From assembly GCA_905178155.1 (NCBI GenBank), contig CAJINV010000001.1:4174795-4238794 (forward strand): a DNA stretch of 64,000 bases, given 5' to 3'. Within the stretch, counting starts at the first letter, position 1. Each line of letters opens with the position of its first letter. Of this stretch, positions 23,347 through 35,619 are shown piece by piece. Made by a program: the position numbers and the translations under genes. This stretch comes from Amoebophrya sp. A120 (taxonomy: Eukaryota > Protista > Dinoflagellata). The notes beneath the pieces were generated by a model. That model had not been told where the DNA came from. It saw nothing but the letters and a program-made list of their open reading frames with translations, and did not search any database.

Positions 23347-26300
23347 TCAAGGTTCGTCGATGTCCATGTAATCCTCGTTTATTTGTGAGCTCTCTTCCGG
23401 TGTGTGTTCCTTTTCGCCTTCCGCGTTCTTTTCGTTTTCCTCTGGCATCGGCATCGCATTGAACCCGCAGTAAATTTCAATCGCGTCGGTCATGGGCTCG
23501 TTGTTTTTCCGCCTGTGTTCGAACACGGCAGCAACTACGTCCAGCCAGGTGTCGGTCTCTCTGAGGAAACGAAAGCCATCGGCATCCCCATCTTCCGAAT
23601 CCTCGAAGTCAATCTCTCCCGTTAGAGGATCTCTCTCCCGTTCTAACGCATGTGCGAGCACAAACTCCTCATCTGCAATTTCCCGTTTGCTTTTTTTGCC
23701 TTGGCCCGGAGGGAGCATTGCCTGCGCAGGCTCCGGCTCCGCCGCGTCCACAACCACAGCATGAAGAAAGTTCTGCCCTTCTTCTTCAGCAGCTGTTTTC
23801 TCCTCGTTAATTTCTCCGACATGTGAGTCGTCATTTTTTGGTGTAGCGTCACTTGGTGTAGATCTCGTCTCGTTCATTTCTTGCACCCAGAATTTCATCG
23901 TCTTCGAGCTTTGCGTATGCAGAACGACAAAGTTCTCGACCCGGGTCTGGAGGTCGCACCTTTCGACTTTTGCTTTCATAATAGCATCAGCCATTTCTTT
24001 TTCTTGATGACATGCGAAAAATCCACATGATGGAGGAAGACGAAGAGGGCTTACGCTTCTATTTTTAATATTATGAAAAAAAAAAATGCATTTTTGATTT
24101 TATCCTTTTGCTTCTCAAGACGCGGACATCTTTGCTACATCTACATGCGTATGCTGGCGGTCTGTTTTGATTCTGGGAAAGATACGCATCCAAGCTCACA
24201 ACGTCGCAGCGGCGTAGTTTCCTTGGTCCGTTAAGCACTGGGTGCAGGGTGGCCGCCAGCGGGCAGGAGGTGCGGATTCTTTTGAACAATTTTTGAAACC
24301 GCATTTCTTTTCCATGTTCCTGGGCGATCTTCAATAGCAATTTGAGGTCCTCAACGAAGAGAGCCGCTTCTTCTTTTGTGTCGAAGAAGACGTCAAGGTT
24401 TCTGGGACGACCGACGTCGTGCTCGTAGTGAGTCATCCGCACGACTACCTGGGTCTCGCTGGCGTCCTCCATCGCGAAGACTCGTCGCTTGCGTTCGAAT
24501 ACTAAACCATCCTCGTCCTCCCTAATAACTTCGCACGGATTCTGTAACCCCGTCGGGATGCGCCAAGTTTCGTTTCGATCCAAATCCCAGTCAGAGCAGA
24601 GGTCAGTGGAACCATGAATTCTTTCGTCGATTATGAAACTCTCGTCGGCCACAGTAATCGTGCGAATGTGAACGCTGTCCTTATCCTTCAACTCCTCGAT
24701 TGGCGGCACTTCTTCGTCCTCCCCAGGGGTCCAGTAGACGCGGCCCCTGTTGTTCTTGCTCGCCGGTTTCTTCAGCAAATTGAAATTGCTGCCGAAAGAG
24801 AGAATGAAAGGTCCGACGTTTTCATTGGAAAATTCGTTGTCCAAGAGCGTGCCAAGTGTCACTTCCGCACCGGGTTCGTTTCGGTCCTCCGTGATAAACA
24901 AGTCGACCAGCTGCCCAGACAGTAAGGATACTTCGAAGCCCAAGGTGGCAGAAGAGTACAGCTCCCACCGACACCCATCGTCATCCCGATCTCCCTGGTA
25001 CTCATCCTCATCCCAATAAGGGTGCTCACAGGCAGCTTTGGCTTTGAACCGACGAGTAAAACGGAATCTGGCTGTGTGTCCGCAGCAGTCTGGTCCGTCG
25101 TCGCGCTCGTTCCAGACCGGCCCCTTGCCGTCTCGGGTTGTTTCATTCAGTGGCGTGGCTTGCTGTAGTGTAGTGCGTGTTGGATTGTGTTGCCCGGAAG
25201 TTTGAACTCTTTTTCAAAATCCCTGCCGGCCTGCCGGATCGACTCCGCTTCGGAAACAGCGGCCTCTTGTTCCAAAGCGCGGCGCGATACGAGATCGGGC
25301 TCGGCCCTGGACTTGACCTTTTCGGACGCCACAGATTTTCCCACGGCGTAAGGAGCCTCAAGTTCAAGCAGGTCGTCAAGCGAAAGGTGGGAGCGGCTGC
25401 ATTCTATGTCCGGAACGACAAACGGGGCAGCGACACCCGCCGCGATTTGTACACCTCCGCCGTTGAGGACACGAAAGAGTACATTGAGGCCGTAGTGCGC
25501 TTCAACAACGTCTGAAAGAATTTTCTTTGCAGTTTCGTGGATCCGGCGACAAGCAAACTGCAACGGATACAACGGTAGTATCGGAACCTCCGCATCGGTC
25601 GGGGGCTTGGGAGCGAAGTGTTCGTGCTGGATTTGCGCAACATATCTGATTTTTTGCCTGAAAAGCTCGCTTTCATCTAGCTTGCGCAATTCTTTCGATA
25701 ATCCACAGCCGAGGCCGACTCGCGAGCCTAAGAACTGCAAGAATTTTACTCGGTTCAAAACCAAACTGACTTTTGGGTCGACTTCGAGGTCGAGACTGCT
25801 ATCTTCGTCTCCGTCATCTTGCGACCTGTTCCGCGAGAGTGGTGTTGTCTCCATTTCCGTGCCTTCCCGCTCCGAGTCACGGAGGAACGATGAATCCAGA
25901 AGACCAACATCAAAATCCTCATCGTCATCACCGACATCAAGAATATCGTGTCCGGAAGCACCAGCGGAAACGCTTTCATCTACTAGCAGGGTGTCACGAT
26001 GCTCGGCTCCGCCCGAGGGGGAGACCTTGTCCGAACCTGTTTCGGGAGAAGAGCAGCCTGCTTCTGGTGTTGCTGTCTTGCTATGGACGCCGGACCCGCC
26101 AACGGTGATTGAATCCCCTTGGGAGACGGTGAAGACCAATGGTAAAATTTCGAGGGCGGCGCCGTTTTCATCCTGGACCTTCTTTGTCTCTATAGGTGCT
26201 TCTATGGCCACGTTGTTCGGGTCACTTTCACTTCCGTGTTCAAGTTTATTCGCCGCTGCCCCATTATAGGAGGAGAGCATCTTCTGCACGAACTCATCGT

Positions 26301-26556
26301 AGTCTTGTCCACCGGTGGCAATTTTGAAAGCAGACCGTGACAGGAACAGTCCGTCTTCGTGCACTGTAAAACATTTGCTATTCTGCTGCTGCTCGGGGCC
26401 GTCGTCAACACCAACAGGAGCACGCTTTTGGTTTTTGTGTAATGTGCGGGTCGACTGCTCCGGCGTGGTCAGAAGCGCGCCGGTCGATTTAGACGCGGCC
26501 ATCTCGTCGTGCGGTTGTCGTTTTTCAAAGCTAGATAAAAGGGGCGCTTCGGCCAT
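23347..26556 (-). CDS. Hypothetical protein locus (ORF blocks 25147-26556, 24071-~25210, 23347-23994), probably one spliced gene
   Basis: Long acidic ORFs on the same strand and an AAAATGG start context at 26556. Junctions are unresolved and no family is recognised. Confidence 0.55.
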
Positions 26557-27083
26557 TTTGGAATTACTTGCTTACTCACTTTTCGAAGATGACGATATAG
26601 TAGATGCGTGTTCTTTATGTCAAAGCAATCAAATCAGTAGATTCTGCGCAGTAGAGAGCAGCAAGCAAACGGCGTTGACACAGATCTGTAAAAAACTGAC
26701 GTCGAGGCCCTCGGCGACCCGACATACTTGCATCGCACTGAGACAGACAACAGATCATCGCAATCAAAGTCAATCAATATTTTTGAAGAAGAAGATGTCC
26801 ACTCTTTTTTACGCTTATGTATGATCCGCATCCGGCGTTTTTCGTTAGAACTTCTTGTGTTCATCAACAGTTTTCAACTGGAAAGGCACAAACGCAGCAT
26901 GTACTTACATGATGAACGCGCAGCATTGAAATTCAAAAGCATTGAAGTTCCCTCAAGCCGAGACCTTATATCGAAGGGAAGCATCAAGTTGATCTGTTTG
27001 TATACGCAATGCCTGAGAAGTGTACATGTGTCGATATCTTTGCAGAATCCGCTTGACTTTATCAATTCAGTAAGCGATTTCTG

Positions 27084-27770
27084 TCAGAGTTTCGAGTCCG
27101 CAAACCTAACAATGCCAGTCCTTTCTATTCCTGTATCTCTATGTGATTCATGAAAAGTAGTTGCGCTTTCCGTTGTATACCCGCGCATCTTTTCGAATCG
27201 GTTTCCACCATAATCTTCACCACTGAATCCAGGCAGTCCCTTCAGAGGGATTTTGCTCCTCTGAAATGTGCCGATACCCTTGCCAACGATGACCTCCTGT
27301 GCTTTCTTTTCGCCGCGTTCTGCAGCACTGCCCTGCGGCTCCTGGTCCTGCACCGCACAGCTCCACAGCGTCGCTTCCGCTGTAATCAGATTCGTGGTCG
27401 CGTTTATCACCAAACCCCTGGCTTCCAACTGCATGCCCTTGTCTTCCGGTCGCACCGGGCGCATTAAGTAAAGCGAAAAGCTCGTGGTCAGCAGAAACAC
27501 CTCGCGCTCGTAACTCTGCGCCGCAAAATACGCCGCGTCGTCGAGAAGTTTGAAGTAAACGGAACCGTGAAGCTGTTTCCCAGTATGGCACAGGTCTTGG
27601 CGGTTCGTGGTCGGCATCCTCAAGACTGTTTTTCCTTTCCCGATTGCCATGCGGTGAAGGTTTATGAGCCCGGAAATCGGCGCTGCAGCATACCCTCGCT
27701 CTAAAGACCGGTAATGCGCCTCGTCCTCGAGGGAAGTAGCTTCAGGTCCAGCAGAAAGAGGTGGAGCCAT
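27084..27770 (-). CDS. PaaI-like hotdog-fold thioesterase
   Basis: H-x4-LHGSVYFKLLDDAAYFAA and LTTSFSLYLMRPV motifs; intronless. Confidence 0.88.
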   Translation of the reverse strand: MAPPLSAGPEATSLEDEAHYRSLERGYAAAPISGLINLHRMAIGKGKTVLRMPTTNRQDLCHTGKQLHGSVYFKLLDDAAYFAAQSYEREVFLLTTSFSLYLMRPVRPEDKGMQLEARGLVINATTNLITAEATLWSCAVQDQEPQGSAAERGEKKAQEVIVGKGIGTFQRSKIPLKGLPGFSGEDYGGNRFEKMRGYTTESATTFHESHRDTGIERTGIVRFADSKL

Positions 27771-29103
27771 GGAGCGCAGTTGAGTAAAGTATTACGTCTT
27801 CCTACACAGAAAAAGAGTAGAACTCATCACAAATGAAGCAACGTAACTGCGTGTTGGTGTGAGCAGGTTTAGTGAGTCCCTGCAAATAGAAACCACAAGA
27901 AATACTAGCACTACGGGGCTTAAGCTGCAACCCTGCTTGATGTATTCTTCATCCAAGGGTAGAGGGGGCTACGATCACTGACGAATATTGAAACGACAGA
28001 GCGATCAGACGAGTATGCTGGATGTCTTGTTAAGCGAAATTTCTTGAGAAAACCGAACTGGCTAGACATAGAGATTCGGTCGACTTGGTTGTTCCTCTTG
28101 GCGACGGGCGACGGAAGGAAAAAACCGAACACAGCGAGTTCGTGAAATATAGTTGTTGTCGCTTTTGGTGACTTCGTAATCGTATTTGTCGAAAATAACG
28201 GCCAACAGAAAAAAGCAACATGATCGGGAGCTTTATGCATGTCCCAAGAACACTCTCTGCAGAGGCTAGCCCTCTCCCGAACAAGGCACGATGGATCGCC
28301 GTCCCAGGTTTATCTTTTTTTTTCAGAATTTGCACTTTACTTTTATTACCGCTATTCCCACACCGGAGAAGGTTCAGACTTCAGGATCGTTGTGAAACCA
28401 AATAAACAAGGTGACACAATATGTCTTCAGACTAAAATTTGAGTGTGATCAACATCATTTGAAAAAAAGTGAAAAGCATCGTATTTGTATGTGCTGTGTT
28501 CGATCATGTAAAGCAAAAACCTCGTCTCTAATTACGTCGTCAATAGCCAAGTCTTTTTCTATGCAGTGTGATGGAAATGCAACATGTTTCAAAAATAAAA
28601 GATTCGTACACAACTTCCATGTATGTATTCTGGATGTATTGACGCTTTCTCTTTATCTGAGTATGAATTGTTTATTTCGTTCGTGGCATTTTTGCGTGAC
28701 ACTGAAAATAATGGGCGAATCTTATCCCGCTAGAGGAGATGGACACCGCAGCTAGGCTCTTACTTAGTGTGACATGAGTGCAATTGAGATCACTTTTTAT
28801 GAAAATTGAAAAAACAGAAACACGTCAGAAAGAGGAATTGAAAAATATCAGGTGAGATGAAAGCACTCCTCCAGAAGCGTTATTTATGAGACCATACGGA
28901 CGATGAAGTTGACGCATAAAAGCAATTGATGAATTTATTCTGTTCGACGTTATCGCCTTAGAACGTGGTTGATGTCACAGAATTTTAGAGACAGATATGA
29001 AGATCAACAAACGTAGACTTTTATCAGATATGTTTTTCGTATATTCGCACCGAATCTCTTTTGTCATTCAGTCATTTGAACATGATATTATTTAGCAAAA
29101 TAC

Positions 29104-32100
29104 TTACTTCCGCATTTCGACCAGGACCCGTTGGTAACGCGAATTTCCCGTCGCGCACAGCTTCAAGAAGGCGCGCTGCTTGCTGTCCAGGCAGAACTTC
29201 CGCAATTTGACGTAGGAATCCAGAAACGCCGTTGCGTCCGTGACCTCTTCATGCTTCGACACAAACAAATCGAACAGCCGGTCGTCCGCGACGGAGTTGC
29301 CGAGCTGCAAAATTTCGTCCAGAATGTGCAGCAAATAGGGCGACTTCTTCCAGTTGCGCTCGAACGAAAGACGGCTCACCTGCTGGTTGAGCAGGTCTTG
29401 GTCATGCTGAGGGTGAATACCCGCAGTCGTGCCGCGCGGAGCGGACGTGTTATTCGGACCATGGTTGTTCATCACAGCAGAAGGTCCAGCACCACCATTC
29501 ACGTTGTCGCTCAAGTGCGAACGGCGGCGACTGGACAAGTGCGCCTCCAGCTGTTCCCAGTGCGCCGTGTCGTTGCACAAAACGTGCAAAATGTTCTGAA
29601 ATTCCTCGGTCAAGACCAGCACTTCATCCTCCAGAGAGCCAAACATTTGGACTTGCTGATCGCCCGTGTGCTGACCTCCAAGCGCTTGCTGGTCTTGAGC
29701 GAGTACTTCGTCGGCATCTACGGAAGTGCTGTACTTGGCTGCATTGTTGTTCTTCATCGTGCCCGGTGCGACGAGTGTAATAGTTTGGTCGCCAGTTTGA
29801 CCACCAGCAGGTTTGTTCGCAGCACCAGACACAGTCGTCGGCAAAGCTCTGTTGCTGTCAAAGAAGTCGGCGATGAAATTCAGCACAAGCAACAGTCCGA
29901 CAATCAGCAACCCGGCGAACCAGAAGATCAGCCACATCTGCTCCCGAAACAGCGCTTGCGTGTCGTAGGTGCCGGAATTCAGAAAAACCATCTTCAGCAG
30001 TGCCAGCAGCGCAGAGCTGGAGCGGGAAAACCGGGCAATCGCGTCTTCCGCCGTGTTCTCGTCGAAGTGATAGGTCGCGCCAGCACTTGTCGTTCCTGCA
30101 TTGGCATTCGCGACATCGACATCCGCAGCAACATCCCCCCGGATTTCGTAGTTCCTGCCCACCGCGGCCACGGTGACCAGCGTTGCAGTCGTGAAAAACG
30201 TGAAGAACACCATGATCCAGCTGACTAACGATGCAGCCGTTCTCCAGACGCGTTTCGTCCCGGCGTAAAGCGCCTCGGAGAGTGTGAACAGCCGCAAAAT
30301 TCGGACGAGCCGCAGCAGGTACAGAACGGCGAACAAGTGGTAGTAGTTGTGGTCCATCAAGTAGGCGAATTGGGTCCTCGTCGTGAACACTCCGTCCTCG
30401 CAGAGCACCAGTGGCACGATCAGCTCGGTGGACCAGGCGAGGACAAGAATGATTAAATCAAAAAATCCAGGAAACGTCGAGCAAACATTCTTCCAGTCCT
30501 GCGCGTTGCAGCGGAGAAGGAATTCCAGGTGGTAAAGGATGAAAAAGGTGAGATCCAAGCCGCGGAACGCGTAGTGCGCGGGTTCCGGGAGCTGCTCGAT
30601 CGGCCAGTCGTACTCCACCAGCAAGGAAAGCATGTTCAACACGACAACCACGCAGCACAGAGTTTCAAACCAAGACTGCCAGAAGATGTTTAGGGCGCAG
30701 AAATCGGAAAAATGCTGCATCATTTGCGAGGACGTGGAGGGCTGGTTATGGTTGTACTGCTGTTGACGCTGGTTGTTGTCCAGCTGCTGCCTCTTTTTCA
30801 CCATCATCATGTTGGCCCCCGCGCGGGGATTCTGACTCAAATGCTGGTCCATCATCATGTTCATGTCACGCGGCGGACTCCGCTCATTCAAGTAAAACTT
30901 GTTCGGATTCGGATTGTTCATCTGGAACTGCTGTTGCGGGCTGGCAGTATTGGAGTGCACGACCCCCGTCGTCGTGGCAGCTGACATCACCATTCCGGAA
31001 GGTGGCGGGCGTTGCTCGTGCGACCCCTCCACGTACTTGAAGCCGAAGCGGTCGCGCACAAAGTCAAAATCGTTATTGTTGTTCACGTACTGCGGGACGA
31101 TGGCAGACTTCAAATTCCGGGTGGCCAGCTTCTTGTCCAAATCCGTGCGCATCCGGAGCTGCGCGACCGACTTCGCGTTGTAGCACCGAGCCGCTTCGGC
31201 TTGCAAGGCTTGCAGAAATGTTTGGTACGCGAGATTCGCGGTCAGCGCCACGGTGCTCAGCGCCCCGGAAGACTGCTGGCGACTGTACATCTCGTTGTTC
31301 TCGGGGTCGTCGTAAAGGAAATCGTCCCGGTCATCGTAAAAGTTTCCGTAGGGGGCGTGGTCGTCGCTCCGGTTGCGGTTCAACATCTTTTGCGAGGGTT
31401 GCTGCAGCTGTTCCTGATGTCCACCAGCGCCGCTGTTGTTCCGACTGCTCCGCTTGCTGCGGCTCTTTTTGTCCAGTCGGAGCGTTTGCGCGACCGCTTG
31501 CAGCAAGCTGCTGGCCGTGGTCGGGGGGGAGGAACTGCTTTCCTTGTCCGCGTCGGCTTGCTTCTCGTGGCGCTCGCGCTCCGCGCGCGCGGCCTGAAAC
31601 AGCTTTTCGTCGGCTCCGAGAGCTACAGTCCCGTTTTGTTCTTTCAAATGATCCCGACGGGAATCGCGCTCACGATTCGACGGAGATGATTTCTTCGTAG
31701 TACCGCTCCCGTTGCGGCGGTAATCCATCGGCGTTTCGTGCCGATTGGTCAGCAGCAGTGGCGCGTCAGAAACCTGGCTCTCCGGGGTGCTCGGCTTGTT
31801 TTCGTAAGCCGCAAGATGAGCACTCTGATTCATTTGCGCGCCCAGGGCAGGTTGATGTTCCTGATGCGAGGAGCCGCCCCGACGCGGCTTGATGTCATCA
31901 TGCATAGAAGAAGTTCCTCCCACAGTCGACGAATGATTTTGATTATTCACAACATCATGGACCACCATGTCGTTTTCCTTTTCCGGCGTGCGCGGCAGCT
32001 GAAAGTTGCCCGGCGGCGGGGTGCCCAGCGGTGTGTTGTACAACCCCCGCTCGGATTTCCAGCGCTGCCACTCCGCTTCCACGTCAACTTTGGGCCGCTG

Positions 32101-32670
32101 CTCCTCCTTAGCGTAGATTCCGGCAATGTTGGCACTGCTTTTGTTCTTCGACAGACCGGAACTACTCGGGCTCGCGCCGGAAGACGACATCGCTGCAGCC
32201 CGAGACCGCGGCGACTCGCTTTTCGCACGACGGGGCGAGTCGGTCTTGTTGTGCGGGCTGGTTGCAGTCAAGCCTGCTCCCGTCTTGTTCACACCGCCGC
32301 TGTTCGAAAGTTTCTTCACGAGGAACGTGCTGGAGCTGGGGTTCTTGTTTCCAGCATCAATTCCACCCTGTTTCGCGTTTCCGACCGCTTTATCGCGACT
32401 GGACATCGAAGAATCCGTGTTGGGATCGAATTTGAACGCGATCTCCTTGGCGCCCGTCTGCTTGAACAAAATGTCGCGAGACGAGCGGAAAAACAAAAAA
32501 TCCTCTCGGTTGGCGTTCACAACCTTGCCGTCCACCAGAAAACCGGTCGGTTGCTGGTACTGCGCATTCAACGTCTGCTGCGGCTTGGGAGTCCCGCCAG
32601 TCGTAGCAGAGGGAGCGGTGGCCGCCGGACCGGCAAGGTTGCTGTTTTGAAACGAACTGTTGAACACCAT
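29104..32670 (-). CDS. Single-repeat voltage-gated ion channel-like protein with a long disordered N-terminus
   Basis: WFETLCCVVVVLN (S1), LDLTFFILYHLEFLLR (S2), FDLIIL (S3), LLRLVRILRLF (S4), plus S5/S6 hydrophobic helices. Confidence 0.8.
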   Translation of the reverse strand: MVFNSSFQNSNLAGPAATAPSATTGGTPKPQQTLNAQYQQPTGFLVDGKVVNANREDFLFFRSSRDILFKQTGAKEIAFKFDPNTDSSMSSRDKAVGNAKQGGIDAGNKNPSSSTFLVKKLSNSGGVNKTGAGLTATSPHNKTDSPRRAKSESPRSRAAAMSSSGASPSSSGLSKNKSSANIAGIYAKEEQRPKVDVEAEWQRWKSERGLYNTPLGTPPPGNFQLPRTPEKENDMVVHDVVNNQNHSSTVGGTSSMHDDIKPRRGGSSHQEHQPALGAQMNQSAHLAAYENKPSTPESQVSDAPLLLTNRHETPMDYRRNGSGTTKKSSPSNRERDSRRDHLKEQNGTVALGADEKLFQAARAERERHEKQADADKESSSSPPTTASSLLQAVAQTLRLDKKSRSKRSSRNNSGAGGHQEQLQQPSQKMLNRNRSDDHAPYGNFYDDRDDFLYDDPENNEMYSRQQSSGALSTVALTANLAYQTFLQALQAEAARCYNAKSVAQLRMRTDLDKKLATRNLKSAIVPQYVNNNNDFDFVRDRFGFKYVEGSHEQRPPPSGMVMSAATTTGVVHSNTASPQQQFQMNNPNPNKFYLNERSPPRDMNMMMDQHLSQNPRAGANMMMVKKRQQLDNNQRQQQYNHNQPSTSSQMMQHFSDFCALNIFWQSWFETLCCVVVVLNMLSLLVEYDWPIEQLPEPAHYAFRGLDLTFFILYHLEFLLRCNAQDWKNVCSTFPGFFDLIILVLAWSTELIVPLVLCEDGVFTTRTQFAYLMDHNYYHLFAVLYLLRLVRILRLFTLSEALYAGTKRVWRTAASLVSWIMVFFTFFTTATLVTVAAVGRNYEIRGDVAADVDVANANAGTTSAGATYHFDENTAEDAIARFSRSSSALLALLKMVFLNSGTYDTQALFREQMWLIFWFAGLLIVGLLLVLNFIADFFDSNRALPTTVSGAANKPAGGQTGDQTITLVAPGTMKNNNAAKYSTSVDADEVLAQDQQALGGQHTGDQQVQMFGSLEDEVLVLTEEFQNILHVLCNDTAHWEQLEAHLSSRRRSHLSDNVNGGAGPSAVMNNHGPNNTSAPRGTTAGIHPQHDQDLLNQQVSRLSFERNWKKSPYLLHILDEILQLGNSVADDRLFDLFVSKHEEVTDATAFLDSYVKLRKFCLDSKQRAFLKLCATGNSRYQRVLVEMRK

Positions 32671-33743
32671 TTTTGAAAAGGGATTTAGAAAAAAAGAAAA
32701 AAATTGAAACTGAATAAACTAGAAATAAGGCTGAGTAAGCTTGTTACGGGCTTTGGTAGAGACTACTCGACTCCTGTACTTGATGATTCCTTGTGATGAA
32801 AAATAAAAGCAGACGTTGAAATTACGGATGTCCGTGTAGAAGTTCTCTTTCTTTTGTGTTATTGCGCTTGCTCAAAATAAGCTGTTTTGTGCTTAGTATT
32901 ATGTGAAAACGAGTCGAGTGCGTTCTAGCACGTGACTACACGGAGAAATTGGTAGTAGAGACGAGTGAAAAGGAAAACGTTTACGTAAGAAGTTTAAGTT
33001 GTAAAGTGACGAGATTGCTTGATCTATCTGGTAAGTATTTTTGCAGTCGGTATTGTATAAACGTATTGACTTTGCTTCAGCTTTCGGTTTTGAATTTGAT
33101 ACCTTTTCGTCTTTGTGAAATGATTGAAACGAGAATCCGAGCTAAAGTCGGTTTCTACTTGGCTTTAAGTACAGGAGCGTTTGGTGTGCTTTTTATGTGG
33201 GTGCCTGAAAGAAAAAATCACGAATCACGAAATTTTTCTGCAGAAGGAGCGCGCTTCAGTTTTTCCAGTCACGATGTTGACGATGAAAATGCGTGTTCCA
33301 AACAAGATAATCTTGCAGCTTCACGAGAGGGAGATGATGACCGATTTTTTCGATTCATGGTTTAGTGCGGCTACTGACCAGTGCGCCACAGCGTGTTTGC
33401 ACCAACAAGGTGGTAGAGCTTGTAGAATGTACTTAAACTTAAAGCATGCGCTCGTCCGTCTCTCATGCTATCCACTCGATATCCACAACCACTTCGCATA
33501 GTCAACGCTCACTCGACTCTGGCTCGTCTTAACTGTAACTAAGTTTCTCTCCTGGTATTTCTCAAAATGACAGTTTTGAAATTTTGATAATACAGCACCA
33601 GCATATCAGAAGTAGCAACATGCATATTGCGCTTGCCATTCACATTCCGGCGTTGAGCGTCACCGTAAGTGACGTGTTCGTGCGGTTATTTCATCTGCGA
33701 CTCACACGAGTTTTCTTTTCATCGTTTCAAAATCGTACTTCAT

Positions 33744-35098
33744 CTATCTCCCTCGAAAAATCTCTACCGTTCTTGTGGACGTGACCATTTCGTCAATCGT
33801 GTCCATGCGCCAGGTGTGAAATTTGCTGGGCCGGGACACCCTTATCACGTACGTTTTGTGTGGGGCTGACTGCTGCCGCAGGGTGAGCTTGTACTTGTTC
33901 GTTTCGTAGTTTTCCCCGTGAAACACGTCCTCCGGCCGACGTTCCACGCCGCGAGACTCCAATTCCGCGTACATCTCCGCCATCAGAGTCTGCACACGCA
34001 GCGCCTCCACGTAGAGGAACCTGGAGGTGTGGGGATAGCTTTTACGTGTATTTCTATTTGCAAAACTAGAACTACAACATAGTGTTGCAGAAACATCAGC
34101 TGGTCCACCACAACAATGCGTATTCTACATCCTCCAGTCACTCGATGCAGAAGGAGTACTAAAGTGATGTAGCGCTTCATTCACATTCACATTCTCGCTA
34201 GTATATGTTACTACCCCTGATGTGCGACGAAGGCGGCCGGCGCGATGTACACCGGCCACAGGACCGTTCCCTGCAGGACGCTGGCGACGCAGCCGACGAA
34301 GGTCGCCGCCGCGAATAACGCGCCGATGCCAAACCGCGGCACGAAGAACCGCAGGGTCATGAATCCTAACGAGAGCGATCCCAGAACGAGCAAGATCTGG
34401 TTGCTCAAATTCTGCAACTCCTCTTCAAACGCCCTTCTGCGCTCTGCTTCCTCCTCTTCGGTAGGTGGCGGCTCCTGTTTCGGCTCCTCCGGGGGCTGTT
34501 GCTGGTAGTTGTTTGCATTCGGATTATTTCCTTGGCTGGTGCTCCCGGAAGCATGGTCAGTCCTTGCGGACGACGCAGCGTCTTCTTGGTTTTGTTGCTT
34601 CCCCCCTTCACTCGCTGCGCTGAATAGGCGTGAGTGTGGTCGTCCTGGTTTCTTATGGGTTCTTTGACTCACAAGTCGCGGAGGCGGTAAATGTATTGAA
34701 GCAGCATCTGGCGGTAACTCCCTGGATGTTGTACTGGTGGCAGCGATACAACTTAGAGCAGGTATGCTCAAACTAGAACAATAGCTTCTCCTCGGGGCGT
34801 CGTGCGCGCAGTGCTGCCGTGTTGAACTAGAGGATGTAGACATGGACGACGCCGAATGAGATGATCCGCAAGAAGTGTCGGAGTTGCACGTGACGAAGTT
34901 CCAATTTCTACCCCGCACCAGATGCGATTTATCGCTCTCCAAGAGGCTCCGCAGGCTTCTGATATGGCGCCTTGCGTCGATCTGGATCTGGCCCCCGTTC
35001 GATCGGCGACCATGATCAAGCGCGCGCCTCAACATGGCTTTCGTTTTCCGCCGCGAGAAAAAATGTGCTTGATGGCGGAAGAGTAACGATGGCGCCAC
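33744..35098 (-). CDS. Hypothetical membrane protein, possibly organelle-targeted
   Basis: A GT-AG intron at 34021-34214 joins AHQG|FLYVEALRV in frame. Hydrophobic segments and an Arg/Ser-rich N-terminus. Start uncertain. Confidence 0.65.
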
Positions 35099-35619
35099 AA
35101 CTACTTAGACTTACGATAAAGAGCTAACGAGCATGATGATGAGTGGAAAATCAGGGTAACTAATCTTGCAACTGAAAGCACGGTTTATGCACACACACTT
35201 GGCATTCTAAACGCGCAGTACCCTGCTGCTCGTCTAATCTTTTTCCATACCGAAGTTGGCGAGCGTGGTGCACTTGCGTCAGCGCTAGATAAAAAAGTCC
35301 GCGAACATTCCGAAAACTTTCTCAACGCCTAGCAGCATCGAATCACGCAAAGCAACAACGAGATCACAATCAGTCACAAATTGCGGATCTGAAAAAGCAT
35401 CATCTGACCATGTCCTCGCAACACCTTTTGTATGATCTGTAGGCGAATCAGAACAAAAAGCTGGCCGCTCGCGATGGCACTGGCGTCACAAATAACAATT
35501 CATCGGAGTTGTCCACCGCGTTCACTTGGCAACTAGACGTCGAGGAAGTTTACGTGCTTCAGCTCCTGTCAGTCTACATCTACCTTTCAACGACCGGTCT
35601 ATGCGATAAAAATCCTTGG

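Noticed and set aside
26551-26560. GCCATTTTGG as a spliced-leader fragment (similar at 40972 and 58492)
   Set aside because: It is the reverse complement of the CCAAAATGG start-codon context of - strand genes.
29131-32676. Long + strand ORFs (365, 225 and 312 aa)
   Set aside because: Antisense shadows of the GC3-rich channel gene, with no independent motifs.
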